Assembly (NCBI RefSeq): GCF_000021865.1
Contig: NC_014034.1
Coordinates: forward strand, 2,100,001-2,132,000
DNA: 32,000 bases
Source of the DNA: Rhodobacter capsulatus SB 1003
Lineage (GTDB): Bacteria; Pseudomonadota; Alphaproteobacteria; Rhodobacterales; Rhodobacteraceae
Direction of reading: 5' to 3'
Shown here: piece after piece, positions 1 through 7,118 of the stretch
Numbering within the stretch: the first letter of the stretch is position 1
How the letters are laid out: the number at the start of each line of letters is the position of its first letter
Translations under genes and position numbers: made by a program
Notes under the pieces: generated by a model
The model's database searches: none
The model's input: the letters and a program-made list of their open reading frames with translations, nothing else
Told to the model about the DNA's origin: nothing

Positions 1-190
1 AGCCTCTCCGCCTTTTCCGGCTGATCGGGCGGCGCCCCGCCCGGCCGCACTTATTAACCATTTCGGCCTTAATTATTTCATAACCATAAAGCCAAGATGG
101 CGGCTGTCTTCCCCCGTCGCGCGGGGCCCGGGGCCATTCCTGCCGGGACCCGAGGAGCCTCTGCGCGACCCAGCCCCGAAAGGACCCCGG

Positions 191-757
191 ATGCGTGGCT
201 TTCCGTTTTTCCAAATCAACCTTCTTGACCTGTTCAAGGCGCTCAAGGTGAACGTGCTCGACAATTCCGACAACCGGCTCAGCGCGGGGGCGGACAGCGA
301 TTTCGTTCTGGGCCTTGGCGGCGCCGATTCCCTGGCCGGCAATGACGGCAACGACACCCTTCTGGGCGGCACCGGCAATGACCTGCTTCTGGGCGGCGCG
401 GGCACCGACCGCATCGACGGCGGCGCGGGCAATGACGAGATCTACGGCGGCAAGGACGCCGACCGGCTCTTTGGCGGCAGCGGATCGGACACGCTTTCGG
501 GCGATTTCGGCGCCGACACGCTGAGCGGCGGCACGGGGCGCGACACCTTTGTCTTTGTCGCGCGCACGGCCGATGCGACCGATGTCATCACCGATTTCGC
601 CTTTGGCGAGACGATCCAGCTGAAGGGCTTTTCGGGCCATGCCAGCTACGAGACGGTGAACGGCAATGATGTCGCGGTCTCGATCGACGGCCATGTCATC
701 GCGCTGCTCGAAGATGCGGCGGGCCGCGTCAGCGACGCCACCTTCACCTATGTCTGA
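191..757 (+). CDS. Small RTX (hemolysin-type) calcium-binding repeat protein
   Basis: 188-aa ORF; the ATG is preceded by GAAAGGA. The central block is tandem Gly/Asp nonapeptides ([80 protein letters not shown]), which is the GGxGxD RTX repeat. It is followed by a ...VITDF..GETIQL... tail typical of small RTX proteins. Confidence 0.85.
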   Translation: MRGFPFFQINLLDLFKALKVNVLDNSDNRLSAGADSDFVLGLGGADSLAGNDGNDTLLGGTGNDLLLGGAGTDRIDGGAGNDEIYGGKDADRLFGGSGSDTLSGDFGADTLSGGTGRDTFVFVARTADATDVITDFAFGETIQLKGFSGHASYETVNGNDVAVSIDGHVIALLEDAAGRVSDATFTYV

Positions 758-763
758 GCGCCG

Positions 764-2128
764 TCACGGCTGAGCGTCGCGACCCGCGTGGGCGAGCCCC
801 GCGCGGGTCAGCTCTTCCTGCACCCGCCGCACGACGCCGCTCGCGGTGGGCAGATATTCGAACCGCCCCTGCCGCCCGACCGGCAGCACCCCCGCCTGCA
901 CCAGCCGCTCCAGCACCGCCGCGCGCCGGGCAAGCTGGCCCGGGCGATACAGCGGATAGGCCTGCGGCGTCGTCACCGCGCCTTCCAGCCGCAGATCCTC
1001 GGCCAGACCCAGCCGCAGACATTGCGCGGCGAATTCGGCAAAGACCGTCTCGGGGCTCAGCGCCTCGCCGGGCAGAAGCGTCGCCTCGACCGAGAAATAC
1101 TCGCGCGTGATCGCCGGATCGGGGTAGATCCGGGAATAAAAGGTGGCGCGTTTCCACCGCCCCGCGCCGTGGAAGTTGAACAGAAGAGTGCCCGCGCCGG
1201 GCGCAAACCGCCCCGCCGAGACGAAAAGCGTCATCAGCGACAGGCTTTCAAAGCCGCTTTCCGTGCCGAAAACCGCGCGGTGCAGCGTGTCAAGGGGCGC
1301 CGCCCCGACCACGGTCGCGACGCGAAACCGCCCCGCCGGGCTGGTGACGACCATCCGCCCCGAAGCCTCGCGTTCGATCCGCGTCACCGGCGCCTGCAAC
1401 ACGACACGCCCCCCCGCGGCTTCCAGCTGTGCCCGGATGCGCTCGAAGAGCACGCCATAGCCCGCGCGCGGCCGCACCCGCAGCGGGTCCCGCGGCTTCA
1501 CCCGAAAGGCGCCGTGGCGCAGCCCGTTCCAGCCCGCCCGCGCCATCGCGGCGAAATCGGTCTGCCGGTGCACGAAGCGCATCCGGTCGACAAAGAATTC
1601 CTCGTCGATCGCCTCGGGCGGGCTGACGTTGAACCGCGCCACGTAATCGCGCAGCCCGGTGCCGCGGTAAAAGACCGGCCCGAGCCGGTTCACGCAGGCC
1701 CGCTCCAGCGTGCCGTCGCGCCGCAGCAAGAGCCGCGCCGCCAGCATCGCCGCCACCGCCCCCGCCAGCCGCGCCCGCGGCCAGCGGCGCAGATCGCGCA
1801 GCTCGATCGGGTAATGGCACAGCGTGCCTTCGGGATCGATCCGGCACTGCACGCGCTGCACCTGCGGGCACAGATCGCGCAGCCCCGGCGCAAGGTCGAA
1901 AAGCGCCGCCGTCTCCTCGTAAAAGATCGCGCCCAGATCGAAACTGTAGGGGCCGATCTCGACCGAATGATGCATCCCGCCGAGCCAGTCCCCGGCCTCG
2001 AGCAGCACCACCCGGTGCCCCGCCCGCGCCAGCGCGTCGGCCGCGGCCAGCCCGCCGATGCCGCCGCCGATCACCAGAACCCCGGTGTCCTGCGCCGGGT
2101 CCCTCCGCGCTGCCTGCAGATCTTCCAT
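764..2128 (-). CDS. NAD(P)/FAD-dependent oxidoreductase (amine-oxidase / desaturase / UDP-galactopyranose-mutase-like Rossmann flavoenzyme); specific function unknown
   Basis: 454-aa ORF with ATG at 2128 and GGGGGAA upstream. The N-terminal dinucleotide-binding fold is VLVIGGGIGGLAAADALARAGHRVVLLEAGDWLGG (GxGxxG, acidic residue ending beta-2, then GG). The rest has no motif I can assign by eye. Confidence 0.65.
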   Translation of the reverse strand: MEDLQAARRDPAQDTGVLVIGGGIGGLAAADALARAGHRVVLLEAGDWLGGMHHSVEIGPYSFDLGAIFYEETAALFDLAPGLRDLCPQVQRVQCRIDPEGTLCHYPIELRDLRRWPRARLAGAVAAMLAARLLLRRDGTLERACVNRLGPVFYRGTGLRDYVARFNVSPPEAIDEEFFVDRMRFVHRQTDFAAMARAGWNGLRHGAFRVKPRDPLRVRPRAGYGVLFERIRAQLEAAGGRVVLQAPVTRIEREASGRMVVTSPAGRFRVATVVGAAPLDTLHRAVFGTESGFESLSLMTLFVSAGRFAPGAGTLLFNFHGAGRWKRATFYSRIYPDPAITREYFSVEATLLPGEALSPETVFAEFAAQCLRLGLAEDLRLEGAVTTPQAYPLYRPGQLARRAAVLERLVQAGVLPVGRQGRFEYLPTASGVVRRVQEELTRAGLAHAGRDAQP

Positions 2129-2264
2129 CGGCGTTCCCCCGCCCCTGTCGCCGCACTCTGACCCGGCCGGGGCCCGCGTTTCAAGACCTTTCGCCCCCCG
2201 CCGCGCTTGCCATCATGCCGCATTCCGGTCTAGCTGGCCGGACCCCAGCCCGCCGGAGCCGCCG

Positions 2265-3461
2265 ATGCCGCCTGCCCCCCTGATCCGCCTGATGAACGTC
2301 AAGTTCAGCCCCAATCTGGGCGACGGGCTGCTGTCGGACTGCCTCGAGGCGGGGCTGCGCGCGCGCGGCGTGGCGGCCGGTTCGATCGATCTGGCGGCGC
2401 GGACGGGCTACGGGCAGGGACTGGCCGGGCGTGGCCGGGTGCTGCGGCTGCTGGAGGCGATGCCGCCGGGGCTGCGCGCGCAGGCGGTTCGGGCGCCGCT
2501 CGCCCTTGCTTCGGCGCGCAAATGGGCGCCGCATTATGCGCGTGAACTGACCGGGGCGACGGCCATGGTGATCGGCGGCGGCAATCTTCTGTCCGATCAC
2601 GACCTGAACTTTCCGACCAAGCTGGCCCTGGCACTGACCGCGGCGCGGGACCGCGGCCTGCCGGTGGCGTTTCACGCCTGCGGCATGGCCGCGGACTGGA
2701 GCGCCGAGGGCGAGCGCCGTCTGCGCCGTGCCCTTGCGGGCGTCGATCTGCGGGCGGTCTTCCTGCGCGATGCGCCCTCCTGCGCGCGCTGGGATGCCCG
2801 CTTCGCCGAGACGACCGGGCAGCGCGCCAGCCAGGTCCGCGACCCCGGGCTGCTCACCGCGCTGACCTGGGCGCCGCCGCCGCGCGACCCCGGGGCGGCC
2901 GCGCCGATCGGGCTTTGCGTGATGTCGCATCTGGCGCTGCGCTATCATGCGCGCACGACGCTTGCCGCCGCCGATCTGCTGCGCTGGTATCGCGCGCTTG
3001 CCCGGGCCCTGTGCCGGGACGGCGCGCGGCTGCGCGTCTTCACCAACGGCGCCCCCGAAGACCGCGAGACCCTGGCCCTGCTTGCCCCCGATCTGCGCGC
3101 GTTGGGGGCCGAGATCGTGCAGCCCGAAACCCCGGCCGATCTCGCCGCGGTGATCGCGCCCTGCGCCGCGCTGATCGCCTTTCGCATGCATGCGGTCATC
3201 GCCGCCTATGCCAGCCGCGTGCCGGTTCTGGCGCTGAAATGGGATGACAAGCTCGACGCCTTCCTCGCCTCGGTCGGGCAGGAAGGGTGGCTGGCCGATG
3301 CCGCCACGCTGGCCCCGGAGGCGGCGGCGAAGCGCGTGCAGAGGCTGGCGGCAACGGGCGGCGATTTCTCCCGCCAGCCCGCGGTGATCGCCGAGGCCGG
3401 GGCGGATCTCGACCGGCTGCTGGCGGCGCTCAGCCCGGCCCCGCCGCCAAAGACCCGGTGA
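2265..3461 (+). CDS. Polysaccharide pyruvyl transferase-like protein (ExoV/WcaK/CsaB-type family)
   Basis: The track ORF starts at 2058, but the ATG at 2265 has GGAG 7 nt upstream and gives MPPAPLIRLMNVKFSPNLGDGLLSD... The N-terminal NLGD motif, ~398-aa size and EPS-cluster context fit the PS_pyruv_trans family. The family call rests on a remembered motif, so confidence is moderate. Confidence 0.55.
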   Translation: MPPAPLIRLMNVKFSPNLGDGLLSDCLEAGLRARGVAAGSIDLAARTGYGQGLAGRGRVLRLLEAMPPGLRAQAVRAPLALASARKWAPHYARELTGATAMVIGGGNLLSDHDLNFPTKLALALTAARDRGLPVAFHACGMAADWSAEGERRLRRALAGVDLRAVFLRDAPSCARWDARFAETTGQRASQVRDPGLLTALTWAPPPRDPGAAAPIGLCVMSHLALRYHARTTLAAADLLRWYRALARALCRDGARLRVFTNGAPEDRETLALLAPDLRALGAEIVQPETPADLAAVIAPCAALIAFRMHAVIAAYASRVPVLALKWDDKLDAFLASVGQEGWLADAATLAPEAAAKRVQRLAATGGDFSRQPAVIAEAGADLDRLLAALSPAPPPKTR

Positions 3462-4671
3462 CGCCCGCGTAAAGCTCCAGAAGCCCGTCGCACCAGGCGT
3501 CCGTCGTCAGGCACAGACCGGCACGGGCGCCAAAGCCCGCCTCCGAAACCTGCCGCAACGCCGCGGGCGGCAGATCGGCCACAAGGCGCAACAGCGCGGC
3601 AAAGGCCGCCGGGTCGCGGGTGTCGCAGGCCCAGCCCAGCCCCTGCGCCGCGATCTCGGGGGCCAGAAGCGCGGGTTCGGAGAGGATCACCGGCAGGCCC
3701 GACAGCACCGCCTCGGCCGCGACCAGACCGAAGGGCTCGGGGTAGCGCGAGGGCATGACGACGGCGCGGGCCTGTTGCGCCTCGGCCAGCATCCCGGCGC
3801 GGTCAAGCCAGCCGGTGAAGCGCAGCTGCGGATGCGCGCGGGACAATGGCGCGCGCAGCGGCCCCTCGCCCACCACCGTCAGCGCCACCCCGGCCGCCTG
3901 CGCCGCGCCGATCAGCTCCTCGATGCCCTTTTCCGCCTCGATCCGGCCGATGAACAGAAAGCCGCGGTTCGTCTCGGCCGGGATGCGGCAGGGCGACAGC
4001 GCCTCGGCCGGGTTGCGCAGCACCCGCAGCCGCGCGGCCGGATAGCCCTGCGCCACCAGGCGCGGCGCCATCGCCGGATGGATCAGCACGATGCCGCCCC
4101 AGGGCGCGCGGCGCGGCAGGCTGCGGTGCAAGATCGCCTGCCGGGCGCTGCGCCAGAGCTTTTGCGCGAAGCTGCGCTTGTCGCACTGCGTCGTCAGGCA
4201 GGCGGCCGAAAGCCCGCGCCGGGCGCAGGGCCGCATCGCCTGATAATCCATGAAGCCGCCATTCGGGCAGGCCAGAAAGAAATCATGCGCATGGATGAAA
4301 ACGCGCGGCGCCACCGGCCGCAGCGCGGCAAAGACCGCGGGCGTCAGCGCCTTTGACCAAGAATGGACGTGATAGACGGTGTCGGGCCCGTCATGGGCGG
4401 CGATCACCCGCGCCAGCATCCGCGCCACCGCCGGATTGTAAAGCCCGCGCGTCGCCGCGACATGGGGCGCGGCCTCGGTCAGCGGCTGCGCCCCCGCCAG
4501 ATGCACCTCGACGCCGATGTCGCGCAGCGCCGCGGCCCCCGCGCCGCGATCGGCGCTGGCAAAGACCACGGCCAACCCGCGCGCCCGCAACAGCCGCGCC
4601 TGCAAAAGCGCCAGGCCGGTGGCGCCGCCACGCGCGACGCTGGCATCGTTGAGGATGACGACCTTCGGCAC
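3430..4671 (-). CDS. Glycosyltransferase, GT-B fold, family 4 (GT1 domain)
   Basis: This is the C-terminal 413 codons of the 832-aa track ORF. The GTG at 4669-4671 is preceded by AAGGAA with a ~6-nt spacer. The N-terminus is VPKVVILNDASVARGGATG...; the C-terminal signature is VVMPSRYPEPFGLVAAEAVLSGLPVI (E-x7-E type). The upstream in-frame part is antisense to the GT2 gene and crosses a non-3n tandem repeat, so it is not coding. Confidence 0.8.
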   Translation of the reverse strand: MPKVVILNDASVARGGATGLALLQARLLRARGLAVVFASADRGAGAAALRDIGVEVHLAGAQPLTEAAPHVAATRGLYNPAVARMLARVIAAHDGPDTVYHVHSWSKALTPAVFAALRPVAPRVFIHAHDFFLACPNGGFMDYQAMRPCARRGLSAACLTTQCDKRSFAQKLWRSARQAILHRSLPRRAPWGGIVLIHPAMAPRLVAQGYPAARLRVLRNPAEALSPCRIPAETNRGFLFIGRIEAEKGIEELIGAAQAAGVALTVVGEGPLRAPLSRAHPQLRFTGWLDRAGMLAEAQQARAVVMPSRYPEPFGLVAAEAVLSGLPVILSEPALLAPEIAAQGLGWACDTRDPAAFAALLRLVADLPPAALRQVSEAGFGARAGLCLTTDAWCDGLLELYAGVTGSLAAGPG

Positions 4672-4698
4672 CGATGTTCCTTTCGCCCTCGCGCCAAA

Positions 4699-4800
4699 GG
4701 CGCGGTCTTTCCGTCGTTCTTGCGCCTGCGGCGCGGTCTTTTCGTCGTTCTTGCGCCTGCGGCGCGGTCTTTTCGTCGTTCTTGCGCCTGCGGCGCGGGG
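4699..4800. repeat. 31-bp direct tandem repeat, 3 full copies plus a 9-nt partial fourth, in a divergent intergenic region
   Basis: Copy 1 is 4699-4729, GGCGCGGTCTTTCCGTCGTTCTTGCGCCTGC. Copies 2 (4730-4760) and 3 (4761-4791) are both GGCGCGGTCTTTTCGTCGTTCTTGCGCCTGC, one mismatch from copy 1. 4792-4800 is GGCGCGGGG. A degenerate copy may precede at ~4674-4698. Every unit junction forms the palindrome GCGCC-TGC-GGCGC. Confidence 0.95.
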
Positions 4801-4815
4801 CGACTGTGACGGCTT

Positions 4816-4853
4816 TGCCCCGGCGCGGCAACCGCTTCGTGCCGCCCGGGGCA
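4816..4853. promoter_or_regulatory. Strong GC-rich hairpin / inverted repeat in the divergent promoter region
   Basis: TGCCCCGGCGCGGCA (4816-4830), loop ACCGCTTCG (4831-4839), TGCCGCCCGGGGCA (4840-4853). This gives 14 Watson-Crick pairs with one bulged C (4824). On the + strand it is followed by GCGCTTTGTTGACA. Confidence 0.6.
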
Positions 4854-4917
4854 GCGCTTTGTTGACATCGCGCCCCGCGCCCGCCATCACCCGCACAGGC
4901 AGGACGCAGGGCAGGAC

Positions 4918-5823
4918 ATGACAGCAGAGCCGAAGACCCGTATCGCGGTGGTGATCTGTTCGGTCGGACGGCCGGACATCCTGCGCGAGCTGATGCCGCA
5001 TCTGCAGCGCCAAAGCCGCGCCCCGGACCGGCTCCTGCTGATCGGGCATCAGGACAGCGACATCGGCTTCGATCCGGCGCCGCTGTTTGGCCCCGAAACC
5101 CGCGCCGAGACGGTGCTGACCCGCAAGGGCCTGTGCCTGCAGCGCAATGCGGGCCTGGACCGGATCAATGGCGACTGCGATCTGGTGGTGTTTTTCGACG
5201 ATGATTTCGTCCCGGCGCAGGATGCGCTGGAAGGGATCGTCGCCGCCTTTGCCCGCTGGCCCGAGGTGAACGGCATGACCGGCCTTGTGCTGGCCGATGG
5301 CATCCTCGGCCCCGGGCTGGATGATGCGCAGGCCCGCGCGCTGGTGGCCGCCTATGAGGCCACGCCGCGCGGCACGCCACAGATCCTGCGCAGCGGGCTG
5401 CAAAGCCTTTACGGCTGCAACATGGCCTACCGGATGGCGGCGATCGGCCCGGCGCGGTTCGACGAGACCCTGCCGCTTTACGCCTGGCAGGAGGACAGCG
5501 ATTTCGCCGCCCGCCTGCCCGGGGGGCGGATCAGGACAGACGCCTTTGCAGGCGTGCATCGGGGCACGAAATCGGGCCGCGAGACGGCTGGGCGGCGGCT
5601 GGGCTACAGCCAGATCGCCAATCCCTGGTATCTGTGGCGCAAGGGCTCGATGCGGGGGCGCTTTGCCGCCCGGCTGGCCTTGCGCAACCTTCTGGCCAAT
5701 CACCTGAAGATGGCCCGGCCCGAGCCCTGGATCGACCGGCGTGCCCGGGCGGCGGGCAACTGGCTGGCGCTGCGCGACATTCTGCGCGGCCGGTCGCATC
5801 CGGGCCGGATCCTGGAGCTTTGA
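4918..5823 (+). CDS. Glycosyltransferase family 2 (GT-A fold)
   Basis: 301 aa. N-terminus is TRIAVVICSVGRPDILRELMPHLQRQS... and the acidic motif is LVVFFDDDFVP (DxD-type), the typical GT2 layout. It is divergent from the GT4 gene at 3430-4671. Confidence 0.75.
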   Translation: MTAEPKTRIAVVICSVGRPDILRELMPHLQRQSRAPDRLLLIGHQDSDIGFDPAPLFGPETRAETVLTRKGLCLQRNAGLDRINGDCDLVVFFDDDFVPAQDALEGIVAAFARWPEVNGMTGLVLADGILGPGLDDAQARALVAAYEATPRGTPQILRSGLQSLYGCNMAYRMAAIGPARFDETLPLYAWQEDSDFAARLPGGRIRTDAFAGVHRGTKSGRETAGRRLGYSQIANPWYLWRKGSMRGRFAARLALRNLLANHLKMARPEPWIDRRARAAGNWLALRDILRGRSHPGRILEL

Positions 5824-5968
5824 GCCGCGGCGGGACGCGGAAATCCTCTTGCGCCGGGCCCGGACTTGCCCCGATAACGGCCGGGGCCCGACAGGCCGGG
5901 GTGAGCCCTGTCGCGCCGGAACGGGCAACCGGCAGGGGCGCTGCCGGGCTGGATTTGGGGGCAGGCCG

Positions 5969-7114
5969 ATGACCGTGCAAGACGTTGATCCTTTCGCGGC
6001 CGGGGCGGCCGACGGGCGCCGGGTGGCGCTGATCCATTACTGGCTGGTGGGGATGCGCGGCGGCGAAAAGGTGCTCGAAGCGCTGTGCCGGATGTTTCCG
6101 CAGGCCGACATCTTCACCCATGTCGTCGTGCCCGAGCGGATCTCGCCCGCGCTGCGCCGCCATGCGATCCATCAGACCCGGGTCGGGCGGCTGCCCTTTG
6201 CGCCGCGGCTGTACCAGAAATACCTGCCGCTGATGCCGCGCGCGCTCGAAGAGCTGGATCTGAGCGGCTACGATCTGGTGATCTCCTCGGAATCGGGTCC
6301 GGCCAAGGGGGTGATCGCGCCGCCGAACGCCCCGCATCTGTGCTATTGCCATTCGCCGATGCGCTATCTGTGGGACCAATACACGCTTTACCTGAACGGC
6401 GCGGGCGGGCTGACGCGGCTGATGATGCCGCATCTGGCGCATCCGCTTCGACAATGGGACGTGACCAGCGCCGCGCGCGTCGACGGCTTCGTCGCCAATT
6501 CCGCCTTTGTCGCGCGGCGGATCGAGAAATACTGGCGCCGCAGCGCCGATGTCGTGCATCCGCCGGTGGCGGTGCAGGAATTCGCTCCGATCCCCGCGGC
6601 AGAGCGCGGCGATTATTACCTCTGGGTGGGCGAGCTGACGCATTACAAGCGCCCCGATATCGCGGTCGAGGCGTTTCGCCGGCTGGGCCTGCCCTTCAAG
6701 ATGCTGGGCGGTCCCGACAAGCTGGCGAAGGCGCTGGCGCGGCAGGCCGGGCCGCGGACGCAGATCCTGGGCAAGCGGCCCTTTGCCGAGCTCAAGGCGC
6801 TGATGACGGGCTGCAAGGCGCTGATCTTCCCGGGCGAGGAGGATTTCGGCATGGTCCCGGTCGAGGCCATGGCCTCGGGGCGGCCGGTGATCGCGCTGGG
6901 CCGCGGCGGGGCGCTCGAAACCGTGGTCGAGGGGGAAACCGGGCTGTTCTTTCACGACCAGTCGGTCGAGGCGCTGGTCGATGCGGTCGAACGCTTCGAG
7001 GCCTCGGGGCTGGGGCGCGACTGCACCGCGGCCTGCGTCGCCCGGGCGGCGGATTTCTCGGAGGAGCGGTTCGTCGCGGGCATCCGCGCCAGCCTGGCCC
7101 GGATCGGCGCCTGA
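5969..7114 (+). CDS. Glycosyltransferase family 4 (GT-B fold)
   Basis: The track ORF starts at 5741, inside the end of the GT2 gene. The ATG at 5969, with GGGGGCAGG upstream, gives MTVQDVDPFAAGAADGRRVALIHYWLVGMRGGEKVLE... The C-terminal signature is LIFPGEEDFGMVPVEAMASGRPVIALGRGGALETVVEGETGLFF (E-x7-E). Confidence 0.85.
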   Translation: MTVQDVDPFAAGAADGRRVALIHYWLVGMRGGEKVLEALCRMFPQADIFTHVVVPERISPALRRHAIHQTRVGRLPFAPRLYQKYLPLMPRALEELDLSGYDLVISSESGPAKGVIAPPNAPHLCYCHSPMRYLWDQYTLYLNGAGGLTRLMMPHLAHPLRQWDVTSAARVDGFVANSAFVARRIEKYWRRSADVVHPPVAVQEFAPIPAAERGDYYLWVGELTHYKRPDIAVEAFRRLGLPFKMLGGPDKLAKALARQAGPRTQILGKRPFAELKALMTGCKALIFPGEEDFGMVPVEAMASGRPVIALGRGGALETVVEGETGLFFHDQSVEALVDAVERFEASGLGRDCTAACVARAADFSEERFVAGIRASLARIGA

Positions 7115-7118
7115 GCCG

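Noticed and set aside
27-42. A GGGCGG-CGCC-CCGCCC hairpin at the window start, read as the terminator of an upstream gene.
   Set aside because: A 6-bp GC stem of this kind occurs by chance frequently at this GC content. There is no U-tract, and the upstream gene is outside the window.
73-524. ORFs 73-432 (-) and 315-524 (+), which overlap the RTX gene.
   Set aside because: They are alternative-frame or antisense readings of the 27-bp-periodic RTX repeat DNA. The + frame beginning at 191 gives canonical GGxGxD nonapeptides; the other frames give Pro/Arg/Ala-rich repeats.
4699-4800. The 31-bp repeat array read as a CRISPR array.
   Set aside because: The units are directly abutting with no spacers. 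There are only about 3 copies and no cas genes. This is a plain tandem repeat.
4391-4868. Repeated peptide RRRRKNDEKTAPQAQERRKDRA in several overlapping track ORFs.
   Set aside because: It is simply the translation of the 31-bp tandem repeat in shifting frames. The period is not a multiple of 3, so the frame rotates each unit. It lies in a divergent intergenic region with no RBS.
4862-4890. A perfect TTGACA hexamer (4862-4867), read as the -35 box of the GT2 operon promoter.
   Set aside because: The sequence 17 nt downstream (CATCAC) is a poor -10, and I cannot score alphaproteobacterial promoters reliably by eye. It is kept only as context for the hairpin finding.
4672-5928. The N-terminal 419 residues of the 832-aa minus-strand track ORF, read as one giant glycosyltransferase.
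   Set aside because: The upstream part is antisense to the GT2 gene (4918-5823) and reads through the 31-bp repeat array in an Arg-rich frame. A GTG at 4671 with an AAGGAA RBS starts a normal-sized 413-aa GT4 protein.
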